Shown: in pieces, positions 53,131 to 64,000 of the stretch
Layout: every line of letters starts with the position of its first letter
How positions within the stretch are numbered: position 1 is the first letter of the stretch
DNA from: Lama glama
Lineage: Eukaryota
Reading direction: 5' to 3'
NCBI GenBank assembly: GCA_028534125.1
Contig: CM052816.1
Coordinates: forward strand, 92,382,001-92,446,000
Length of the DNA: 64,000 nt
Program-made: the position numbers and the translations under genes
Notes under the pieces: model-generated
The model's input: only the letters and a program-made list of their open reading frames with translations
Databases searched by the model: none
What the model was told of the DNA's origin: nothing

Positions 53131-55003
53131 ACTGACTGTTGACTTTTAACCAGTCCATCTTTTCAGTTTATTTTATGAGAATTATCTGTATTTGCCCCAA
53201 GTTCTGGCAGAAGGCAAGAGAGCGCATTTGAAAATTTGATTCAAATATAAATTCTTTTCTGATATATTCAGGATCAAGGGATCAGGATAGCTTTGTGATA
53301 AACTTACCACTTGTGTGGTATAAGCACCCAGAGCTTTTTATAATAAGAATCACTCAAATATACAGATAGGATTTTATTACTTTAATAACCAGCTTTACTA
53401 GATTAGCTAAGGGTGGCTCACTTCCATAGATTAAATTCTTTTCATGACACTGAAGAGTTCTCAGAGAATGCTTTTTTCCTCTTCATCTGCTATAGATATA
53501 AAAGAGACTTAGCAAAAATATATTTTTTTCCAACAATGTCTAATGCTGCAGGAAAATAAACCCTTTCTTTGGGCTTATTTTAAATTAGCCTTGGAAGGAG
53601 ACTTTAAAATACGTTCATCTGTTCAAGTTTTTTTTTACCACCTCCTATCTCAAGTTTTATATACAGTAGACGTGCGAGGTGAGTGGACATGTATACTGAG
53701 GTAAGGCAGCAGCCCCAGATCCTTGGAGGAATGAGACAAGGTGGAAACGTATGTGGTCCATCCTCTCAAATGTTATCAGAAGTCTTAATCTGGGTTGGGT
53801 TACAGGCACTGGCTCGTTGACTCTCCGACAGCCTTGCGCTGCTGTGCATGGGAGACTTAAATATTAAACCCTTAGTTTTGACCCAAGGTTCTGATTGTCA
53901 ATTGTCACGGCATCACTTTAGGTGGAGAACTTGGCCACTGAAACACTGGTAACTGGATTTTCTTTTTCTTACTTGCCACCAGGTGTAGTGGCTGTGGTAG
54001 TTGACATATATCTTCCAAAAAGAAAAAGGCCAGTGGGTTGGAGTGTAGAATCAGATTCCCCATGGTGCCCTGGCTGGCCGGAGGGGACACCACCGTGCTG
54101 TCAAAGCAGTGAGCGAACTGCAGGAGGCGACCAGAGTGACAGCCCATCTTCCTAGACAGAGCCCACGATGTTGCACTAATGCATGTGCTCCCGGCTGCTC
54201 TGGGACTCTTGAAACATGTAGAATTACAGTGATACAGTGATTCACGGAACTTGGGACAAAAAATGGCTTTTTAGTGCTCCATGTTCCACTTCCATTCTGT
54301 ATTTATTTGCCACGAGAGAGTTTCTAAAACTCAGAATAACAGCAGAGCACTTGTGATCCACTCCCTTTTCTTCCATGTTTCATCTGTCAGCTCTCCCAAA
54401 GGCCCAGCAGGAAGGGACTGCTAATAAAAACCAAAGTAATACGTACACATCACCTCCCCAAACACATACACACACAGTGCAGCATGGCCCTGATGTATTA
54501 GCTGGAGAGAGAGTATTTGAAAACCACAAAGCTTACCATCCAGATGGCTTTTGGTCCGCAGAGAGCCCACAGGCTGCATTTTGCAGACGTTACCTGCGCT
54601 TTGCATTTCTTTTCACATTCGCACCTTGGGACTTGTGGATGTAGCAGCTCCCATGTAAAGTCTTGACACAGACCTGGGGAGTAGATCGTGACTCTCTGAT
54701 TGTGTTTAGCTCACGTGAAATGCTATATCTCTGTCAGTCTAGGTTAACCGGTACAAGTTAGAAGGATGATCCTTAAATGCATCCTACTTTGAACTTCAAA
54801 CCTCCTCCAAACCTGCCATCCCCTGGGCTTTTCATTGTCTACAAACCTTATAGGACCGTCCTCTTCATTTCCCCTAAAGGCACAAAGTGTGAGATCGGGT
54901 TCTGCCCAAACTTGAAAAGAAGGACCCCAGTCAGTCAGCGAGAACCTGTAATGACTGTCACAACTCAGAACCAATTTAGAGCCCTTATTAAAACATTGCT
55001 TCA

Positions 55004-55154
55004 GGGGAGAGGGTATAGCCCAGTGGTGGAGCACATGCTTAGCATGCACCACGTCCTGGGTTCAATCCCCAGCACCTCCATTAAAATAAATAAATAAATA
55101 AACAAACCAACCAACCTAATTGCCCCCCCAAAAAAAATTAAAATTAAAATTTAG
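55004..55154 (+). mobile_element. Camelid tRNA-derived SINE with perfect 13-bp TSD
   Basis: ggggagagggtatagcccagtggtggagcacatgcttagcatgcaccacgtcctgggttcaatccccagcacctcc; TSD AAACATTGCTTCA at 54991-55003 and 55155-55167. Confidence 0.95.
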
Positions 55155-55452
55155 AAACATTGCTTCATATATACAGAATGCAGGTGCTGTGATTTGCACT
55201 GCCCACAGAGAGAGGGGTCACCCAGCTCTCCTGCCCGGCACACGAACCAGTACACATGTCTGCTTATAACTGGTACCAAATAAATACTGTGCAGTCACTG
55301 GTTCCTCTTAAAAATCTCCTGTGGTCCTGGCCACCAGGCTAAGTTACAGTCATTTTACCAATTGTGGATTTTTCAAACCTGTGCTACTCAGGCCGGGAGG
55401 AGATGAGGTATGTCCAGGAACTCATAACAACCAGAAATAACCTAATCCTGAA

Positions 55453-55704
55453 CCCTCCTGCACAGCTAGTGGGAATGTAATTTGGTGTAGCCTCTATAGA
55501 AAGCAGTATGGATATCCTTCAAAAAACTAAAAGGTGAGTTACCCAATCCAGCAATCCCACTCCTGGGCACATATCTGGAGAAAACTCTAATTCGGAAAGA
55601 TACATGCACCCCAATGTTCAGAGCAGCAGCATTTACAATAGCCAAGACATGGAAGCAACCCAGTGTCCACTGATAGATCACTGGGTAAAGAAGTTGTTTT
55701 ATAT

Positions 55705-55759
<55 letters not shown>

Positions 55760-56216
55760 GGAATACTACTTAGCCATAAACAAAGAATGAAATAATGCCA
55801 TTTGCAGCAACATGAATGGACCTAGAGATTATCATACTAAGCAAAGTAAGTCAGACAGAGAAAGACAAATATCATATGATATCACTTATATATAGAATCT
55901 TAAAAATGACACAAATGAACTCATTTTACAAAACAGAAGCAGACTCATAGACACACAAAACAAATGAATGGCTATCAAAGGGGAAAAGGGGGGAAAGGGT
56001 AAATTAGGAGTTTAGGATTAGCAGATACAAACTACTATATATAAAATAGACAAACAACAAGGTCCTACTGTATAGCACAGGGAGCTATATTCAATACCTT
56101 GTAATAACCTAAAATGAATATATATACATATATATAAATGTATACCTGAATGACTATGCTGTACACCAGAAATTAGCACAACGTTGTAAAAACAACTATA
56201 CTTCAATTTCAAAAAA
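55453..56216 (+). mobile_element. L1 3' end (artiodactyl-type) with 20-bp TSD
   Basis: gcaatcccactcctgggca...gcagcaacatgaatggacctagagattatcatactaag...aactatacttcaattt plus A tail; TSD 55433-55452 / 56217-56236 (19/20 identical). Confidence 0.95.
55707..55756. repeat. (AC)25 microsatellite
   Basis: Perfect dinucleotide run inside the L1. Confidence 0.97.
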
Positions 56217-56235
56217 AGAAATAAACTAATCCTGA

Positions 56236-56373
<138 letters not shown>

Positions 56374-56812
56374 TAAATGTGTGTCCATCAAAGCTGCTCA
56401 GAGCCCCTTTTAAGTTGAGCCCCGGAACCAGTTGATGCTTCATTTCCATCCATTTACTCTGCAATGCATTTCCTCATTACTCAGATTAAATGTGGACTTG
56501 GGTAAATCCTTGTTACATGAATGAGAAAATGAAACCTCCCATAATACAAGTATGGATGATCTTGCTACAGTGGGGGTTGTAGGAATTTAAATTTAGCATC
56601 AGAGGTGTTGACCTTTATTATGAAGATGCTTGGATGTCAAATGGCTGTTAAGTCGCAGCTCGTGGGTGGGCAAAGGGTCATGGTGCACGTGGCTGGGTGC
56701 GCGTGTGGTTTCAGGTTCTAGAGAGCACTCGGGAATTATTCTTAAATGCTTCTGCCACCAGGGGCTGCTGCTCACATGTCATTCCCCTACATTTAAAAAG
56801 GACCAGCAAGTC

Positions 56813-56895
56813 ATGTGTATAACTGAATCACTATGCTGTACACCAGAAACTAACACAGCACCGTAAATCAACTGTACTTCAGTTAAAAGAGAAAA
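56813..56895 (+). mobile_element. Very short L1 3' terminus
   Basis: gtataactgaatcactatgctgtacaccagaaactaacacagcaccgtaaatcaactgtacttcagttaaaa; degenerate TSD aaaaggaccagcaagt / aaaagaactaggaagt. Confidence 0.85.
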
Positions 56896-57729
56896 AAGAA
56901 CTAGGAAGTTGGCTCTTCTGAGAAGACCTCTGTTATCTTTCTGTTCTGTCCAGTTCCCTGGGGTTGGCACCAGCCCTGGTTTCCATTCTCCTTCCTTTTT
57001 CATTCTATCAGAGATAATGCATGAAAAATTTCAGCAGAAAATTAGACTTAATCCCTGTAGTCTATGTTGACTTAGTTCCTCCAGTCAGGGATCTGGGGGA
57101 ATGATTCTCTATAGTGCAGGAGGTGGACTGATCTCTAAGCTCCCTTCCCAGTTCTCCATTCCAGTCTCTGAGCATATCCACCCATTTCTTCCTGTTTTTC
57201 CCTATTGTACATGCTAGCCTTCCAGCCACCTTTTGGAAATAATCTGCTGTTCAACTGTTAGTATCTCCCTAAAGACCAAAAATTAAATTTCCAAATTAAT
57301 TGCATTTACTCCACTATTAAAAGTAATTTAAATGAATTCCTGCTGACACTGTGTGTGTGTCTGTGTGTGTGTGTGTGGTGTGTGCACATGCCTGAATTCT
57401 TGCTAACGTCATTCTCTGGTGCATCTTTGTTAATTTTCTGGTGAGTTATTAGAGATTTTATTTCCTGGTCTTAAACTTTTAACTCATCTTCTGAGAGATG
57501 AACTGAACTGCCTTGTTCACTCTAATCACTTAATTTGAAATTAAGGAAACAGCTCTCATTTTCAGCACTAGCATCAGAAGCACAACGAGCCTTTGAGGAT
57601 GTGTTATCTTCAAGGCAAAAAAAATCCTGTCTTTGCCTAAGATAAGTCTAGTAAGCATCCAAGGGTGGAGGGAAGAATCATATCCCTGAAAAATACTTCT
57701 GCCCGTACGGATCTCTGCAGCTGTTCCCT

Positions 57730-58820
57730 GCTCCATGAGATACCCCTCCCCACTCCCCACTGGCTCTCACACCACCGCCTCCTGTTTTCACTCCTACGTC
57801 TGCTCAGCTATTGCCGTGTAAATGTTGAGGTTCCTCAAGACCCATCTCCCTCCTCGCTGGGTGTTCTGTTTGTGAAGAATCTAACTTACACCCTGTGATT
57901 AAACCCTTCATAACATGATCAACGATCGCCAAATGACTACCTGTAGCCGAGCCGTCTCCTCTGAGCTCTGGACAAGGGATCGAAGTGTCTCTGTGATGCT
58001 CCCACTCAGACCCTTCAAAGACACTTTAAGTCTTGATTCGGGATTGTCATGATCTTGATGACTGTGCTTTTGAATGAATCGGTGCCACTACCTTCTGGTC
58101 GGAAACCCGGGAACCACCTTAGGAGCATCCCTCTTCATGACAATTTTTTTTTTAATAATTTTTTTTGAAGTTAGTTTTTTATGGATGGACTCTTACCTCT
58201 GAAGTCTTTTTTAAAAATTTTTAATCCCAGATGTTTCTTGGTCTGCCCTCTTCCCACCTCTGCTGCCCTTGCCTGGTCTGAGGGACATCCCTCCCACCTG
58301 GACCCTTCGAGGTGCCTCCTGACTCCAGTCTGCCCCTCTGCCCTGTCTCTCCTCCATCCTTTCCCACTGCAGACATAGTGAGCTATTCTCAGTGACACTC
58401 TGGCCACTTCACCCCCTGCCTAAAACCTGCTTTTAAACTGCTTCCTGATGTCTGGGGGATTAAAAAAAAAACAAAACAGAATCCTGATCATGGCCTATAA
58501 GGAGCTAAAGACCCATGGTCTCTGCTTCCTCCCTCTCATCTGCCCGTCCTCTGCACGCCAGCCGTTGGTCCTCCCTTCCGGGTCTTGCTCTGGCGGGGTC
58601 TCACCCTGCAGCCTGGCTCCCCCAGCACCGCTGCCCTCTTTCCTTCACGGACCTGGTCACAGGTTGTCAGTGGATGCTCGCTGGCGTCACAGGCGAACTT
58701 TTCTGCCTTCCCCTGTAGACTGTCAGCTCCAAGGGAACAGAGTCTGGGGCTAGCCTGTCTGTCACTGAATTCCCTGCACCCAATACAGGGCCAGCACTGG
58801 GTAAATCCTCACCACTGAGA
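57730..58820 (+). mobile_element. Degraded L2
   Basis: taaatgttgaggttcctcaag...aatgactacctgtagcc...cctgtagactgtcagctccaagggaacagagtctg...ctgaattccctgcaccc. Confidence 0.65.
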
Positions 58821-60763
58821 CAGTAGGTTCCCCTCAGAAAATAACCCGACAAGGTTTTGATGGTTATATCAGATTCAAAAATCTTAATTCTGGAATGAAG
58901 TGCAAAAAGCCCAGGTGTTCGTTTAAGTTGATGAACGATACAGCCCACAGGGAAGATGTAAAATGTATGGTAGGCGCTGGACCACATGGCACCGAGCTGT
59001 TAACAACACGAGGAGGCTGACAGAATCCTTGCCTTGACCTTGGATCGCTACTGGCCGAATGTGTCCTGCCCGCCCTCCGTCCCTCCAGCCTACTCCGCTC
59101 CTCCGCGTGCTTTGTCATCTCCACGCCGACTTCTCCCTTTTCCTTCAAGTCCAGATCCTCCTCCTTGGTCCTGCTCGTCTTGCACGGCTGCCCTGATGGG
59201 CTGGGGGCCTTCCTGGACTTGGCAGAGGAAGGGTTGGTCTTCACGTGTTCCTTTATCCTCCGGCTTGTTTTCAGTCTCTAAACACGATCAGCTTAGCTTA
59301 CGCTGTAGGTTTGTAGCATGTCTGCGGCGGACATCCTAGTTTCCGTATTAGGGCACCTTAGAGGCCTCTGATTAGTTAGAGAAATAAATGGGCATCTTGG
59401 CCACATCACACAACTCTCAGCCTTCTGTTCCAAACACAATGGGTCCTTAACAAGTCTTCCCCCAGCTGGTCTTTGCCTTCTTCAGCTCATGCGTTACACT
59501 TGTTTCACTGGGAAGAAGCGGCCATGGAGAGTCACGGGCATCTCTGCTTCCACCGGTGGGTTCCGCTGTATCTGCCCTGAACATGAGTGTGTGGTCGTGA
59601 GTGTGACTATGAGTGTCCACTCACGTCCTCTGGGCTCCAGGCAGCCTGGTCATGTCTGTGCAGCCCCGCTCTCGCTCTGGCCTCTGCATTCCCCTCCTCT
59701 GACAGGTTCCCTCCCATTTACTGGTATGAGAACAACAGCCCAGGCACAGACGTTGGTTCACACTATAAGCAGACCACCTCTAACATCCGATACTTTTATT
59801 TCGTTCAGGAGAGTTTCTCTGGATGGCCCTGCTTTTCTGTGTTTCCTCGAGCAATCGAATGCACTCATTTGAGGAATGGTGCTCATTCCCCAGCTTCTTT
59901 GTTAACTTTCTGTCATCACTGATTTCTTGATAACTCAGTGATGGGGATACCCTTCCTCTAGTCAGCATCACTTAGTGTGGTGTGTTTTACACGCCTGTCA
60001 CCCCGTGGACATTCGGCTGATGTAAGGTTGATGTAGGCAGACAGTACCTCCCCACCCCCATCACTCTACTTCTGCACGCAGCACACCTCAGTGGCCTTGT
60101 AAGTATGTGAGTCCCAGGAGGATTCTGGGTAGAGGCTGGGCTGACTCTCTGGCTTCCTGCAGGACAGGAGGGGACGTACATTGATAAATTTGCCTTAGAG
60201 GCTGCTCTGTTCAATAGAGATAGATACTCTGCTATTATTTCGGTCCCTCTTGACTTTGTATTTTTTGACCTATTCCACTTTTATAAGTTAATATCTTACA
60301 CTTTAATTATATTGTTTTATAATAATTCACTTTGGTGCTTTTTACAGCATTCTTAGTGAATTCCATTTTATAAATGTTAATGTCCATTTTTCTGTGTACC
60401 GTCATTGATCACAGTTTTGTCCTTTGTGGATGGTAACAGGTTCTCAGGTGTAGATTACATGTGCACCTCGAGGGGGCAAAGCTTTTCTGCATATTTTGGG
60501 GTCTGGATGCCAAAGTTTCTGGATATTTTCACTGATAACCTTAACCGGATAAACAGTTGCCTTAAAAGAATCTTAGTGGTGAATATAGCAAAGTGACTGT
60601 GTGCTCTTCCAGTGACTCCTAAATGTCCGACCCTGGATTCTATGAGAGCAGTATTGAGACATAGCGCAAGTGTCTGTTGTCCTTCTGATCCGTGTCAAGG
60701 TTTTCACTCGGAGATCTATCTCCTCCAGCTGCAAGAGGTCGGGCTGCGTGTCGCATCTGTTGA

Positions 60764-61003
<240 letters not shown>

Positions 61004-61289
61004 TAGCTGTGGGCTCTCCGGCTCTGGGCTCTCCGGCTCTGGGTCAGAGCTGCCCTGCTTGGAAAATAGTGGCCTGGCTCCATCAAGCTTAGATGTGTGT
61101 TTTGATTTCACTGCAGCTTGCCAGCTGTCTGAGTTCATTTCTAATAAGACTGTACGTTTTACTGTAATTCAACTTGGTTTGTCTACAGAGGCTTTTCCTC
61201 TGTTATTTTTAAGTGTGGTGAGTTGAGCCACGGCAGACATCAAAAAGAAAGATGCCAGCTCTGAATTGTTTTATCTGTCCTGTTTCTAG

Positions 61290-61754
<465 letters not shown>

Positions 61755-63628
61755 TAGTGTCAGAATCCAGATTTTCTTTCTCCTGCCAGTGCCTCTCCAC
61801 TGACTTAGAGTCACGCGATGCCTCTCCGCTGCGGTCACAGAGGACAGTGGAACATGCCAGGGGGCAGCAGCGGGAGTGAAACTATCAGAGGGTGAAGGGC
61901 CAATGCCTCTGTTTTGACCCGCCTGCTGCCACCTGTCCTGTCTCCACCTCCTGCATGTGCCACCCCACCCACCACGGCTTTCTGTGCCCTTGGCCATCTG
62001 CCCTCCTCCCTCCCAAGGAGGGTCTCCATTATTCACTCACCACTCAAGAAATTGATCTGGAAACTGGCAGCTCCACCGAAGAAAGAGTCAAATCATTTCT
62101 TTCCATCTTTCAAGTATGGGATGAACAAATAGAATTACTTCATTTGCTTCCTCCGCCGCCGCCCTCTGGAGAATTAATTCCAGCTCTGGAAACGCTGATC
62201 CCTTAGGAAGGCTGGTGGCCGCTCCTTAGGGCCTCCTGTTTACACGTTGCCCTTGAATGCTTGGTCAGCATGTTTCCCGGCTGGGGGCTCCTGCCAGTTT
62301 CCATGTCCTCGGAGGCAGCGCATGTTGGCTTGGAAGGAGAAGCACATAAATCACAAGCAGAACACCTTCTCTGGCCTCCGCTGGTGCCTGGATTTTGCTT
62401 TTTGAATCATGAATGTCATCTGGGGTGGCTTCTGGAACATAGCAGCTTTTTTGCTTAAATACTTCACTTTAAGTTGCCCGGGAAAAAGCATGTGGCTCCC
62501 ATCACCTGTGTGCAAGTGTGCCCCTTCCCCTTGAAAAATCAAGGCGAGTGATACATTAGAGCCACTTCAAGATGGACCGCGGTGGCACAGAGATGTGACA
62601 TGGGGGGCGGGGTCGGAACAGACACAGATCCATCGTCTGTGTCTGATCTGCTGGCATCTCTGCATGTTTCCTTGACTGCCGACAGCCCTGCGTGATGGGC
62701 AGTTCTGCTGGCGGGACAGAGGAGGGCCTGAGAGGGCTCGTGCTTCACACAGCTGGGAAGTGATGCAGGGAGGTTTGGCTCCGGCTCCACCTGATTCCAG
62801 GGGTGTCCAGCTCCACCGCGTGCTCCTCACAGCAGTGTGGGCACCCAGCTGGGGGCTTACCTCCCTCGTGTTCCTGGCGTCGCTGTGATGTTCTTTAAAA
62901 AGGACGAAGCCTGTATTCCTGCTTTACTAGCTAGTCAGGGAGTTGGACTTGGCCGAAATGTAGGATTAGACGCTTTGCTTTCATTTTCCTTCCTTTTCAT
63001 TCGCATAAGAAACTGTTTCACCCAAGAGTCTGTTTGGCTTCCTGTGAGAAGTATCGATTGAGTTTTCTTAAGTTCAACATCAAAATTGAGCTCTCCTGGC
63101 TGAACAGATTGGAAGTGAGGCAGTTGAGGCAAAGGAGTACCATAAAGCCATCGACAGATAGACGCAGACCATCAGCCTTCCTGAAGGTCAATGTGGAGGC
63201 GGAGAGGTGGACCCCGAGGGCAGAATATTCAGAAAGCAGGGGTGGGGCTCAGAATCCCATTTTGAGACTCAAGAATAGGCTCGACTGGAGGGTTCAGTTT
63301 GGCTCGATGGAAGAGTCTGGTGGACCTGGGTTGACATGTTGGCTTCTCAAGCAGTGATCAGGACCCATTTCTTGTTGGATTCATGTAAAACAGGACACAT
63401 CCTCCTGGTCTCAGGTGCGCTCCCTGGGCTGAGGACCCATTTCCCCAGACGCAGGGGAGTGCCTGCCCCTTCCTCCTGCTCCAGGGCTGGCCTGCAGCTG
63501 GCTATGCTGACCCCCAGGGTGGAGTGACCTGTCAGTGCGGGGCCACACCTGACATGGGTTTGCTCTGCTCTGCCAAGTGTCCAGCAGCACCAGCGGCTGG
63601 AGGTGCTCTCTGCGGATGCCCGTGCTAA

Positions 63629-63856
<228 letters not shown>

Positions 63857-64000
63857 TGACAGGTTAATGTGGCGTTGGGGCTGGCAGAGATAATTGTGGA
63901 CTATTTCCCTAGGAAATAACAGGGGAATTCACACTTGCCTTGATGCTGCTCCCATGATGCCTCTCCAAACTGACCCTCATTTTAGGTTATGCCTGCTGAG

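Noticed and set aside
55004..55080. tRNA-Ala(AGC)-like sequence, with similar copies at 10.9, 13.0, 22.4, 35.5 and 36.1 kb
   Set aside because: These have A-rich tails, TSDs and degenerate stems, so they are SINEs rather than tRNA genes.

Overview
Mammalian genomic DNA, most likely camelid (several tRNA-Ala-derived vic-1-type SINEs). The last 12 kb carry five consecutive coding exons of ANKH on the + strand (52087-52205, 56272-56355, 60812-60982, 61326-61460, 63653-63745). All have canonical AG/GT boundaries and join in frame to a peptide matching residues ~105-305 of mammalian ANKH; they are numbered exons 3-7 from my recollection of the human gene. The first ~52 kb is non-coding and presumably ANKH intron 1/2. 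It holds L1, L2, MIR, LTR and DNA-transposon remnants and two assembly gaps. I could not find ANKH exon 2, which probably lies in the 500-N gap. I found no evidence of a novel multi-gene system. The most notable signals flank exon 4: an L1 whose target-site duplication copies the putative branch point, and an exact duplicate of the splice donor that would cause a frameshift and premature stop. Also notable are an apparently old L1 fragment nested inside a young SINE and a locally GC-shifted tract at 50.4-51.7 kb. Repeat family names come from recalled consensus sequences, not from a search.
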